This document shows positions 1 to 9,307 of a DNA stretch of 64,000 bases, in pieces. Each line of letters opens with the position of its first letter. Position 1 is the stretch's first letter. The notes under the pieces are model-generated. The model was not told where the DNA came from and made no database searches. It was given only the letters and a program-made list of their open reading frames with translations. A program made the translations under genes and the position numbers. This DNA comes from Nitrospirota bacterium (lineage in GTDB: Bacteria > Nitrospirota > Nitrospiria > Nitrospirales > Nitrospiraceae): assembly GCA_963701855.1 (NCBI GenBank), contig CAVPBK010000011.1:96001-160000 (forward strand), written 5' to 3'.

Positions 1-638
1 CTGTCTTTCATCAATCTCAGCCCCCAGCGGGCCACCACGCCGACCAAGAGTCCGACCACGACACCCACTCCCGCCGCCATGAAGAAGTCCAGCACTGTGT
101 CGCTGAAGATGAAGGTGCCACTGACCGCCGCCATGACCGCGGCGCGATACAGAATGAGCGCCGTCGCATCGTTCACGAGACTCTCCCCTTCCAGGATCGT
201 CACAGCACGACGTGGAAGGCCTAATCGCTTTGCGACCGCAGTAGCTGACACGGCGTCGGGCGGTGAAACAATTGCCCCCAACGCAATGGCTCCAGCCCAA
301 CCCAATCCCGGAAGGCAGATATATGCGACTACCGCTACGGCTGCGGTGGTTGCCAACACGAGGCCGACAGCCAGCAGGGTAATCGGGCGAAGATTTGAAC
401 GAAAATCGCGCCACGAGGTGAAGTAGGCTGCTGACCAGAGAATAGGAGGAAGGAAGACCAGGAACACGATGTCAGGATCGAGTCGCAGTGTGGGCACGCC
501 GGGAATAAGGCCCAAGACCAACCCTCCGATCACCAGCAAGATGGGGTAAGGGATCACGAGTTTGCGCGCGAACGCCGCAAGGGCGAGTACGGCTATCAAC
601 AGCAAAATTACCGTTTCGAGTTGATGAAGGCTTTCCAT
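1..638 (-). CDS. Na+/H+ antiporter, CPA1/NhaP family (5' part; runs off the window edge)
   Basis: Manual translation from ATG at 638: MESLHQLETVILLLIAVLALAAFARKLVIPYPILLV...FLPPILWSAA...PPDAVSA...EGESLVNDATALILY, which are CPA1 motifs. Absent from the ORF track because it is truncated. Confidence 0.88.
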   Translation of the reverse strand, partial: MESLHQLETVILLLIAVLALAAFARKLVIPYPILLVIGGLVLGLIPGVPTLRLDPDIVFLVFLPPILWSAAYFTSWRDFRSNLRPITLLAVGLVLATTAAVAVVAYICLPGLGWAGAIALGAIVSPPDAVSATAVAKRLGLPRRAVTILEGESLVNDATALILYRAAVMAAVSGTFIFSDTVLDFFMAAGVGVVVGLLVGVVARWGLRLMKD

Positions 639-721
639 ATTGTGTCAATGGTACGCGAATCGCACGTGCAAATAACAGGGTTCTCCGTCACTGACCGTGG
701 CGCGTGAAGCGCGAGATCCGG

Positions 722-830
722 GTGGTTTCTCTTGTTTGTCTGGTCTATTTGGTTTGTGTACTGGAAGTAGATTAACCAGATGAACAACACAAACCGGATC
801 AACCCGTTTCGGCAGTCTATCTGGGTTATC
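722..830. repeat. 9-nt-period imperfect palindromic repeat (TCTGGTCTA / TAGACCAGA family), copy 1
   Basis: T-rich arm tctggtctatttggtt followed by complementary arm aaccagatgaacaac. Confidence 0.7.
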
Positions 831-868
831 TTGCAGGTGATGTAGAAGAATGAGTGACGAAACGGAAC

Positions 869-1546
869 TTACTTGGAACGAGGAGAGATCGTGATTCGCC
901 GAAAGACCTCTGCATATACACCCGCCGGAGCGCTGGCCTTGGGATCGGCGAATACGGCTCGCCAGCGGTTTAATCCCAGGACTCCTTCCCCATAGGGGAT
1001 CGTGGCCACCTGACTTTGATGCTGTGCTATGGCCGTCATCTTCTTGGCCACATAGCGGTCGATGTACTCAAGGCGATCCCAGGTTGCAAAGGGGCCCCAG
1101 ACTTCGTACGCCCACATGCCACCACTTAGATAGATGTCGGCTTCAAGGACGCTTTCTCTCGCCAGCTTGCCGGCAAGGCGATGGGCCGGATGCCGGTCGA
1201 GTTCCTCATCCAGCGTATAGACCTCAGCCGGTTGGAGGCGAGCGAGTATTTCGACCAGTCTCCGTTTGATAGCCGTAACATTGACCTCGTCCGCATCGTC
1301 CGGTTCGTCACAAAAGATCACGTCTTTCACGCCCAAGACGCCGGCGGCACGGAGAGCCTCCTCTCTTCTCACTTCAGCCATCCGCTGTTCCGTCAACGCA
1401 AATGGATTCGATGACCGGCCACCGTTCGTGATGACGACGGACGTTAGTACGGCCATGGACTCCGCCAGTTGGGCAACGGTCCCGCCCATGCCGATTTCCA
1501 TGTCATCCGGATGAGCGCTGATGATGACGACGTTGTGGTGGCTCAT
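869..1546 (-). CDS. PIG-L family N-acetylglucosaminyl deacetylase (LmbE/BshB-like)
   Basis: SAHPDDME and HPAH metal motifs, HQSQ near C-terminus. The upstream ORF extension lies in a repeat, so the start is placed at MSHHNVV. Confidence 0.88.
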   Translation of the reverse strand: MSHHNVVIISAHPDDMEIGMGGTVAQLAESMAVLTSVVITNGGRSSNPFALTEQRMAEVRREEALRAAGVLGVKDVIFCDEPDDADEVNVTAIKRRLVEILARLQPAEVYTLDEELDRHPAHRLAGKLARESVLEADIYLSGGMWAYEVWGPFATWDRLEYIDRYVAKKMTAIAQHQSQVATIPYGEGVLGLNRWRAVFADPKASAPAGVYAEVFRRITISPRSK

Positions 1547-1650
1547 CTTGTTCATTTGGTCTGTCTGGTTTGTCTGGGTGAACAAGACCAACGAAATGAA
1601 CGAAACAAACCAGATCGACCAGAGAAACTAGATGAACCAGGCAAACCGGA
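1546..1650. repeat. 9-nt-period palindromic repeat, copy 2
   Basis: tttggtctgtctggtttgtctgg ... aaaccagatcgaccagagaaactagatgaaccag. Confidence 0.75.
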
Positions 1651-1711
1651 TTTGTCCCAGACGTGCCAACCATCGAAGTTCTCTCGTACCCACATAGTTT
1701 TCCTCGGCCTG

Positions 1712-2641
1712 TTAAAGGGCTACTTGCTGCTCTGCATGGTAGGAACTGCGGACGAGCGGACCTGATTCGACGTGGGTGAATCCGAGTGCCCTCCCCTCCT
1801 CCTTTAACATGGCAAACTCGCTGGGATCGTAGAAGCGTGCAACCGGCAGATGCTCTCTCGCCGGTTGGAGATATTGCCCGATGGTCATGATGTCGCAGCC
1901 GACGGAACGGAGGTCGCGCATGACTTCGCGCGCCTCATCCATCGTTTCTCCCATTCCAAGGATCAACCCGGACTTGGTGCGCATGCCCAACTGCTTTGCC
2001 TTGCCGAGTAATTCGATCGACCGCTGATATTTTCCTTGTGGTCTGATGGCAGGAAACAGCCGCCGGACCGTTTCGATGTTGTGATTCAGAATTTCCGGCT
2101 TTTCGGCACAGACCATCGCAAGGGCTTTCTCGTTCCCTTCGAAATCAGGAATCAAGACTTCAATCGTGCAGTTAGGGCTGAGCTGTCTGGCCTGCCGGAT
2201 CGTTTCGGAAAAGATTTCGGCGCCTCCATCTTCCAGTTCATCCCGGTTCACCGATGTGATCACGGCATGTCGAAGACCCAACGCCTGGATTGCCTCTGCG
2301 ACTCGCCTCGGTTCCTCAAGGTCAATCGCCAACGGTCGGCCTGTCTCGACTGAACAGTAGTGGCAACGTCTGGTGCAGATGTCGCCAAGGATGAGGAACG
2401 TCGCGGTGCGTGCATTCCAACATTCCCATCGGTTCGGGCAGCGCGCTTCTTCGCAAATGGTATGGAGCTTGAGCCGGTCCATCGTCTGCTTGATGTCGAA
2501 GTAGTCCGGACCGGTTTTCGCTTGGACTTTGAACCAGGGCGGAAGACGCCTGGAAGAACTGATGGCCGACGGCTGAAGGCTGATAGCCTTAGGTGAATCA
2601 GAGGACGAAGACCGGAGCTGGTCGAGCGGGATAAAGCTCAT
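1712..2641 (-). CDS. lipA: Lipoyl synthase
   Basis: CEEARCPNRWEC and CTRRCHYC Fe-S motifs, C-terminal VRSSYHA. Confidence 0.97.
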   Translation of the reverse strand: MSFIPLDQLRSSSSDSPKAISLQPSAISSSRRLPPWFKVQAKTGPDYFDIKQTMDRLKLHTICEEARCPNRWECWNARTATFLILGDICTRRCHYCSVETGRPLAIDLEEPRRVAEAIQALGLRHAVITSVNRDELEDGGAEIFSETIRQARQLSPNCTIEVLIPDFEGNEKALAMVCAEKPEILNHNIETVRRLFPAIRPQGKYQRSIELLGKAKQLGMRTKSGLILGMGETMDEAREVMRDLRSVGCDIMTIGQYLQPAREHLPVARFYDPSEFAMLKEEGRALGFTHVESGPLVRSSYHAEQQVAL

Positions 2642-3840
2642 GGAGCTTCCTTCGATGAGAGTAACTCCGAGGGATGTTCAAGGACGCGTTTGAACTCTTT
2701 CAGGAAGACGGCCCCCTGCACACCATCCAGAGCCCGGTGGTCGCAGGACAACGTGACTTTCATACGCCGGCCCGCCTTGACCGTGCCGTCTCTGACGACA
2801 GGCGCGTCGCGGATGGCGCCTACAGCGATAGATGCTGCTTGAGGGGGCATGAGGACCGCAATGAAGTTTTCCACGTCAAACATTCCCAAGTTTGAGATCG
2901 AAAACGTAGCGTCGGTGTATTCCTGCGGCTGTAAGCGTTTGTCCCTGGCCCGGTCGATCAGTGACCGCGATTCAGTCGCGATATTCTCCAGCGATTTCTC
3001 GGCGCAATCACGGACGACCGGCGTGATCAAGCCGTCATCGATGCCGACGGCGATGCCGATATCGATGCGCGCATGTCGCCTGATCGCATGGCCGGTAAAG
3101 GACACATTGATTTCCGGATGGCGGATGAGCGCGATTGCTGCAGCTTTGATCAGCAAGTCGGTGACGGAGGGATGCGTGGTTCGGTTCTGTTTGAATTGAT
3201 CGCGGAACTGCTCTGCCTTCTCCATATCGATCTCGCTCGTCAGATAAAAATGCGGCACCGGCCCTTTGCTCTGGATCGTCGCTCGCGCGATGGCTTTCCG
3301 CATCTGGCTCAGCGGCTGGTCTGTTCCAGCCGGAAGCATCTGCGTCGGCAGCGCCTTGGTTTTCACGACATCCTCTTCTACGATTCGCCCGCCAGGACCG
3401 GTTCCAGTGATGGTGGAGAGATCGATTCCCCGGTCGGCAGCAAGCGCTTTAGCACGAGGTGAGGCGATAACACGAGTATCCTGTGGATTTCCTGATGAGG
3501 TAGGGGCCGGACCCGCGGCAGGAGACGAGCTTGCTTTCGTTCCGCCGCCGACCGATGGCGCGGCAGTGATCCGGTCGGTCAATGCCGCGGTGATATCCTC
3601 ATCCGCTCCACCGATGACGCCGATCAACGTTCCGGACATCACGGTTGCGCCGTCCTGCACCAGGATCTTGCGTAGGATGCCGGAGGCGAAGGCCTCAAGA
3701 TCCATGATGGCCTTGTCGGTTTCGATTTCAGCAAGTGACTCCCCTGCCTGCACTGAATCTCCTTCGCGCTTTTTCCACGCAAGAAGGACACCCTCTTCCA
3801 TCGTGTCGGTTAATTTTGGCATCACGACGCGACTAGCCAT
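2638..3840 (-). CDS. pdhC: Dihydrolipoamide acyltransferase (E2) of pyruvate dehydrogenase
   Basis: Lipoyl motif ETDKA, E3-binding ASPRAKALA, catalytic DHRALDG. Confidence 0.93.
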   Translation of the reverse strand: MASRVVMPKLTDTMEEGVLLAWKKREGDSVQAGESLAEIETDKAIMDLEAFASGILRKILVQDGATVMSGTLIGVIGGADEDITAALTDRITAAPSVGGGTKASSSPAAGPAPTSSGNPQDTRVIASPRAKALAADRGIDLSTITGTGPGGRIVEEDVVKTKALPTQMLPAGTDQPLSQMRKAIARATIQSKGPVPHFYLTSEIDMEKAEQFRDQFKQNRTTHPSVTDLLIKAAAIALIRHPEINVSFTGHAIRRHARIDIGIAVGIDDGLITPVVRDCAEKSLENIATESRSLIDRARDKRLQPQEYTDATFSISNLGMFDVENFIAVLMPPQAASIAVGAIRDAPVVRDGTVKAGRRMKVTLSCDHRALDGVQGAVFLKEFKRVLEHPSELLSSKEAP

Positions 3841-3853
3841 AAAACTCCCTCAC

Positions 3854-3974
3854 GGATGCTGAAAAAGTCCTCCAACTTCGTTCTCGGGTCGACACAATCC
3901 TCAACGTAGCTGTGAAGCTACGCCTCCAGTTGTGTCATCCCTGCGGCCTCGCTGGATGGCCTTTTTGAGCATCC
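3854..3974. mobile_element. MITE-like palindromic element A
   Basis: Terminal inverted repeats GGATGCTGAAAAAG / CTTTTTGAGCATCC; core CCTCAACGTA-N10-TACGCCTCC shared with 14894-15020. Confidence 0.8.
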
Positions 3975-4011
3975 TTAAGATTTGGGGTTGTCTTTCAATC
4001 ATCATCACTAT

Positions 4012-4377
4012 TTAACTACTAGTAGTAGAACGGCTAAACCATGAGAACAACTTGCCGATCAATCCATCTGGCGTTTCAGACTGCCTCGCGGGGTCTGGAT
4101 ACTCAATCCAAGGCTCCTGTGAACCCAAATAGAGGCCTTGTCGGACGCTCAGTTGGCTGCGGAGTTGCGAGTAGCCTTGTCCTTGGAGCGTTCGGATTAA
4201 CTCCTCAAGCGCCGCCCCAGGCGTGGCTTGTGCGGTGGTCACCACGCGCGTCGTTTCATATCGCAGAATGGCTTGATAGCCTCCGTTGGCTTGCTCATAC
4301 ACAACTAGTCTACTAAAGCCCCGTTCGCGTGCATCGAAGCCCGCTAATTGATGTTTCTCTTGTACTTCGTCCGACAT
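4012..4377 (-). CDS. Hypothetical protein
   Basis: ORF; start placed at MSDEVQ because the upstream extension crosses a palindromic repeat. Confidence 0.65.
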   Translation of the reverse strand: MSDEVQEKHQLAGFDARERGFSRLVVYEQANGGYQAILRYETTRVVTTAQATPGAALEELIRTLQGQGYSQLRSQLSVRQGLYLGSQEPWIEYPDPARQSETPDGLIGKLFSWFSRSTTSS

Positions 4378-4398
4378 AGCAAATTCCGGATAGAAAGC

Positions 4399-4494
4399 CG
4401 TGCGAGACGGGCGGGACGAGCGAGATGAGCACACGAGGTGGAAATCTAATCTGTCCACGTCGCGCCTTTCTCGCATGTCGCGCGCTTCACGCGC
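4399..4494. repeat. Imperfect palindromic repeat (GCGAGACG / CGTCGCGC type)
   Basis: gcgagacgggcgggacgagcgagatg ... cgtcgcgcctttctcgcatgtcgcgc. Confidence 0.5.
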
Positions 4495-4503
4495 CATGGT
4501 CTG

Positions 4504-4872
4504 TCAGAGAGCCCGGAACACGGCCAAAAGATCGCTCAAGGCAATGGTTTTGTTCCGCAGGATGGCACGCTGCGCCTGCATCGGCTCCATCGCCGAGGCT
4601 CGTTCATGGCCGCCTTTCAAGACTGCGGCTCCAAGGGCGAGCACGTCCTTGCATTCCTTCTCGACCTTGCTTTTGACCACGGGATTCACCGCGAGAATGT
4701 CCGCCATCATTGCGCGCGTCGTGGAGAGATGCGCGTGCAGTTCCTCGTCCGGGTATGCCTTCCTGGCCGCCTCATCGAGGCAGCGATCGAGGTACTGTGT
4801 CAGGAACACATAGAGGCGAACGAGTATTTCCGTGATCTCAATATGACCGTGAGCCTGGACTTGTAATGACAT
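4504..4872 (-). CDS. Hypothetical helical protein
   Basis: 122-aa ORF co-oriented with the pdh genes, GGAGG SD upstream. Confidence 0.75.
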   Translation of the reverse strand: MSLQVQAHGHIEITEILVRLYVFLTQYLDRCLDEAARKAYPDEELHAHLSTTRAMMADILAVNPVVKSKVEKECKDVLALGAAVLKGGHERASAMEPMQAQRAILRNKTIALSDLLAVFRAL

Positions 4873-4893
4873 CGGTAATCGTGCCTCCTGTGT

Positions 4894-5871
4894 TTACTGT
4901 GTGCCGCACACTACTTTGACGGCTTCGATGACGCGCGGTTTGTCCGGGATGGCGGCATCTTCCAAGGGACGACTATAGGGCATTGGCACTTCTTCGCCGG
5001 TGACGCGTTGGATGGGGGCGTCCAAGTAGTCGAATGCTGCCGCGTACACGCTCTCCGCTATCTGAGCGCCTAACCCGCAGAAACGCCAGCCCTCTTCGAC
5101 GATCACGAGGCGTCCCGTCTTTTTGACTGATGCCACAATCGTCGTGAGGTCCAACGGTTTGAGGGTGCGGGGATCGATGACCTCGACCTCGATGCCTTCC
5201 CGGCTCAACTGTTCGGCTGCCTCCAGCGCCAGCAGGAGCATCTTCGAATAGGCGACGATGGTCGCATCGTGTCCGGCACGTTTGACCTCTGCGACACCGA
5301 TGGGGATCGTGTATTCACCATCGCTGACTTCCCCCTTCGTTCCGTACAGTAATTGCGCTTCGATGAAGATGACAGGATTGTTGTCCCGGACTGCACTCTT
5401 CAGCAGGCCCTTTGCATCGTGCGGCGTGGCCGGTGCAATCACTTTCAATCCCGGGACGTGACAGAACCAGGCCTCCAGACTTTGCGAATGCTGCGCGCCT
5501 AACTGGTGCGCGGCGCTCCCCGGTCCGCGAATCACCAGCGGCACCGACAGCTGCCCCCCCGACATGTAACGAATTTTTGCGGCGTTGTTGACGATTTGAT
5601 CCAAGGCCAGAATGCCGAAATTCATAGTCATGAGTTCAACGATGGGATGCAGTCCCGCCATCGCGGCGCCGATTGCCAGACCAGTGAATCCGGCTTCCGT
5701 AATTGGAGTATCCACCACCCGTTGCGGACCGAATTCTTCCACGAACCCCTTGCTGACCTTAAAGGCGCCCTGGTAGTAGCCCACTTCCTCGCCGATCAGA
5801 AAAATGCGCGAGTCTCGACGCATTTCCTCTCGCATGGCCTGGTTCAGAGCTTCGCGATAGGAGATCATCAT
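4894..5871 (-). CDS. pdhB: Pyruvate dehydrogenase E1 beta subunit
   Basis: GEEVG, DTPITE, GAQHSQ motifs. Confidence 0.95.
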   Translation of the reverse strand: MMISYREALNQAMREEMRRDSRIFLIGEEVGYYQGAFKVSKGFVEEFGPQRVVDTPITEAGFTGLAIGAAMAGLHPIVELMTMNFGILALDQIVNNAAKIRYMSGGQLSVPLVIRGPGSAAHQLGAQHSQSLEAWFCHVPGLKVIAPATPHDAKGLLKSAVRDNNPVIFIEAQLLYGTKGEVSDGEYTIPIGVAEVKRAGHDATIVAYSKMLLLALEAAEQLSREGIEVEVIDPRTLKPLDLTTIVASVKKTGRLVIVEEGWRFCGLGAQIAESVYAAAFDYLDAPIQRVTGEEVPMPYSRPLEDAAIPDKPRVIEAVKVVCGTQ

Positions 5872-5879
5872 AGATTATC

Positions 5880-6848
5880 TTAGTCCGCCCGCATCACGTG
5901 GGTGTGCAAGTCCGATGGGGTCGGGAACGGGCTCTCATCCGCGAACTTGACGGCAGCCGTCACGACTTCGCCGATTTCCCGCTCAAGCTGTATGAAATCG
6001 GTCTCGGCGCCTAGGTTGTTGCTCTGGATCGTCTGCTTCAGCAACAGCAGCGGGTCGCGTGTGCGGTGCTCCTCCACTTCTTCTTTGGTTCGGTAGTGCC
6101 CATGTGCCGGGTCGGACATTGAGTGCCCCATGAACCGATAGGTCATCGCCTCGATGAAAAATGGTCCCTGCCCCGCGCGTACCTGCTCGACGACGTGGCG
6201 CATCACATCGCGCACGGCCAGCACATCCATGCCATCTACGCGTTCAGCCTTGATGCCATAGGAGCGGGCCGTTTCTGCCACGTCCGCATAGAGTGCGATG
6301 GCCCGTTCAGCCGGTGTCCCCATACCGTAGCGGTTGTTTTCGCAGACGAAGATCACAGGAAGTTTCCACAAGGCTGCCAAGTTGAGCGCCTCGTGCGCCT
6401 GGCCGCTCGGAATCGCTCCTTCGCCGAAGAAGCAGACGGTCACGAGGTCGAGTGATTGATACTTTGTGGCGAACGCGAGGCCTGTGGCAAGGGGAATATG
6501 GCCGCCGACAATAGCGTAGCCGCCCATGAACCGGCGCGGGGCATCCACCAGGTGCATGGAGCCCCCTTTGCCGTGGCACAGGCCCGTCGCTTTGCCGAAC
6601 ATCTCGGCCATCACGTGGCCGGGGTCGGAACCTCGTGCAAGACAATGTCCGTGATCGCGGTACGCGCTGATCGCGTAGTCATCCGGTCGAAGCGCGGCGA
6701 TAATCCCGACCGCAATGGCCTCTTCGCCGATATAGAGATGCAGGAATCCGGCAATTTTTGCGAGGGCGTACATCTCCGCCGATTTTTCTTCGAAACGGCG
6801 GATCAGCAGCATTTGACGATAGAGGAATAAGACGTCGCTCCGGTCCAT
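5880..6848 (-). CDS. pdhA: Pyruvate dehydrogenase E1 alpha subunit
   Basis: GFLHLYIGEEA, GKGGSMH, ThDP motif GEGA...ENN, RFMGHSMSDP. Confidence 0.95.
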   Translation of the reverse strand: MDRSDVLFLYRQMLLIRRFEEKSAEMYALAKIAGFLHLYIGEEAIAVGIIAALRPDDYAISAYRDHGHCLARGSDPGHVMAEMFGKATGLCHGKGGSMHLVDAPRRFMGGYAIVGGHIPLATGLAFATKYQSLDLVTVCFFGEGAIPSGQAHEALNLAALWKLPVIFVCENNRYGMGTPAERAIALYADVAETARSYGIKAERVDGMDVLAVRDVMRHVVEQVRAGQGPFFIEAMTYRFMGHSMSDPAHGHYRTKEEVEEHRTRDPLLLLKQTIQSNNLGAETDFIQLEREIGEVVTAAVKFADESPFPTPSDLHTHVMRAD

Positions 6849-6900
6849 AGTTGGCATCATAAAGAGCCTAGAAACCGGACTCAACCCCGACCACCAGAGA

Positions 6901-7206
6901 TCAGACAAGCACCTTCACGTCCGTGCCCTCGACCTTCACTTCATACCGTTCCACTTTCGCCGCGGGATTCGCCACGCAGGCGCCCGTGGTGACATCGTAT
7001 TGCCAGCCATGCCAGGGACAGGTCACGACGGATCCTTCGAGTTCCCCTTCGCCGAGCGGGCCGCCTCGATGAATACAGGTGTTGCTGATTGCGTGGAAGG
7101 TGCCATCCACATTGAAGACTGCGAAGGTTTTTCCGTTCACTTCTGCGACGATCCCCTGGCCCGGTTTCACGTCGGTTGTGCCTGTCACCCGCACGAATGC
7201 TCCCAT
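6901..7206 (-). CDS. Rieske [2Fe-2S] ferredoxin
   Basis: CIH ... CPWH ligands. Confidence 0.92.
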   Translation of the reverse strand: MGAFVRVTGTTDVKPGQGIVAEVNGKTFAVFNVDGTFHAISNTCIHRGGPLGEGELEGSVVTCPWHGWQYDVTTGACVANPAAKVERYEVKVEGTDVKVLV

Positions 7207-7233
7207 CGCCAATCCCGTCCTTTCGTCCGTCAG

Positions 7234-8109
7234 TTATGCTTTCGCAAATGGATTCTTGATTTTGCTCAGCAGGCTTTCGATCGGCGGAACTCCCTTTGTG
7301 GCGCCGGTGACTCCCGCGATAATTTTCTGTGCGATCTCTCGAAACGCGGCTGATTGTGGGGACGCCGGATCGGCTACGACGATCGGATTGCCAGAATCGC
7401 CGCCGTCGCGAATTGCCGGGTCGATCGGCACGCGGCCGAGAAATGGGATCCCGAGTGTGGCGGCGGCCCGCTCCCCTCCCCCATGCGAAAATATTTCGGT
7501 CCGCTCGCCGCAGTGACCGCAGAGGAAGTAACTCATGTTCTCCACAATGCCAAGGAGCGGCACATTCACCTTCTGGAACATCATCATGCCTTTGCGGACA
7601 TCGTGCAGGGCGACTTCTTGTGGCGTCGTGACGGTGACGGCGCCAGTCAGTGGGACCAACTGGGTCAGCGTAAGCTGCGCGTCTCCGGTGCCGGGTGGCA
7701 GATCGATCAGCAGATAATCCAGCTCACCCCACAACACGTCCCGGAAAAGCTGTTGAATAGCAGTATGGACCATTGGACCTCGCCAGACTACGGCGGTGTC
7801 TTCCGGGACAAAAAATCCCATGGAAATGAGTTTGACGCCGTGGCTTTCAGCTGGAACGATCTTGCCGTCTTGCTGTTCCGGGGGCTTGCTCACGCCCATC
7901 ATCATGGGAATGTTCGGACCATAGATATCCGCATCCAGCAGGCCGACCTTGGCGCCGCTTAGGGCCATAGCCACGGCAAGATTGACGGAGACCGTGGATT
8001 TGCCGACCCCGCCTTTGCCGCTGCTGACGGCAATGACATATTTGACGCCGGGAATAAGATTGTCTTTCCCGTGACCAGTCTGGGATTCAGCGGGATGTTG
8101 ATCTGCCAT
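7234..8109 (-). CDS. mrp: Mrp/ApbC (NBP35) Fe-S cluster carrier ATPase
   Basis: [29 protein letters not shown]. Confidence 0.94.
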   Translation of the reverse strand: MADQHPAESQTGHGKDNLIPGVKYVIAVSSGKGGVGKSTVSVNLAVAMALSGAKVGLLDADIYGPNIPMMMGVSKPPEQQDGKIVPAESHGVKLISMGFFVPEDTAVVWRGPMVHTAIQQLFRDVLWGELDYLLIDLPPGTGDAQLTLTQLVPLTGAVTVTTPQEVALHDVRKGMMMFQKVNVPLLGIVENMSYFLCGHCGERTEIFSHGGGERAAATLGIPFLGRVPIDPAIRDGGDSGNPIVVADPASPQSAAFREIAQKIIAGVTGATKGVPPIESLLSKIKNPFAKA

Positions 8110-8285
8110 AACGTGCTCCTCTCTACGTGCATAATCGAATTGGACTGGCTCTCAAGCCGGTCACTCCATCATAAGCGAATGAACGGGTGAAAGAAAATGG
8201 GGCTAATGCGCTACAGACGATAGCACAATGGGGGAATGTAACCAGGATGGTGAAACTGGCAGTCGAGCAGGTTCTTACAGGTCCA

Positions 8286-9146
8286 TTACCCGACGGTGGG
8301 ATCGTTGCGGCGGAGATTACTTGCGAGGCCGATCAGCGAAAGACTGAATATGATCCATTTCGAGGGGTCGAAATTGTACCACTGCGGTCCATTGCGAAAG
8401 TCGCGCGCATAGGTGTGATGAAAATTGTGATACCCCTCGCCAAAGCTGACGAAAGAGACCAGCCAGCTATCGCGGCTGCTATCTTTCTTGCTGTAGGGCT
8501 GTGACCCAACCATGTGACAGAGTGAATTGATGGTGAAGGTTGAGTTCAGCACCATGAACATCCGGAAGAGACCACCCAAGAGAAAGGCGCTGATGCCGCC
8601 CTGCAGGCCGCCGTGCCAAATACCAAGGACGAAAGGGAGCAGCAGCCCCGTGACCACAATCGGCCAGTAGTAGCGATCTTGCCATATGACGACAGGGTCG
8701 CGGCGCAAACGGATCTCGTATTTATCCTTGCGATGAATGCTATTGTAAAAGAGCCAGCCACAGTGGCTGTGCCAGAATCCCTTGCTTGCATTGTAGGGAT
8801 CTTCTTCTTCGTCCGTCTTGGCATGATGGCGGATATGGTCGCTGCCCCACTTGAGGGCAGAATTTTGCAGCGCCCAACCTCCGGCGACGAGAATACAGGC
8901 CTTGACCCAGTTCGGGCATTCGAAGCTCTGATGCGACACCAGCCGATGATAGCCGACGGTGATGCCCATGCCTGTGACGACGTACATGACAAAGAACAGT
9001 ATCCAATCGAAGCGGCTGAATCCGTAGTAGTAACCGTAGAGTGGGAGACCGATAGTCGAAGCGGCCACGATGGCACAGAATAGAGCAAAGTTTCCCACCG
9101 AAAACGGAGACCTGACCGGTATGGCTTCAGTTGTTGTCGCGAGCAT
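8286..9146 (-). CDS. Acyl-CoA/acyl-lipid delta-9 fatty acid desaturase
   Basis: His boxes HRLVSH, HIRHH, HNFHH. Confidence 0.93.
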   Translation of the reverse strand: MLATTTEAIPVRSPFSVGNFALFCAIVAASTIGLPLYGYYYGFSRFDWILFFVMYVVTGMGITVGYHRLVSHQSFECPNWVKACILVAGGWALQNSALKWGSDHIRHHAKTDEEEDPYNASKGFWHSHCGWLFYNSIHRKDKYEIRLRRDPVVIWQDRYYWPIVVTGLLLPFVLGIWHGGLQGGISAFLLGGLFRMFMVLNSTFTINSLCHMVGSQPYSKKDSSRDSWLVSFVSFGEGYHNFHHTYARDFRNGPQWYNFDPSKWIIFSLSLIGLASNLRRNDPTVG

Positions 9147-9307
9147 GACCTCTCCTTAAAATACACACATCTTTCGTAGCATTAGGCTGAGCTATGGGAA
9201 GGCTGTACTAGGCGTAGTGCAGCATACCGAAATCTTGAGAATGTTTCAAGCGAATGTTCACAGTGTATACTGACGGTACCCCCAGCCTTATTGCCAGTGA
9301 GGTGCAG

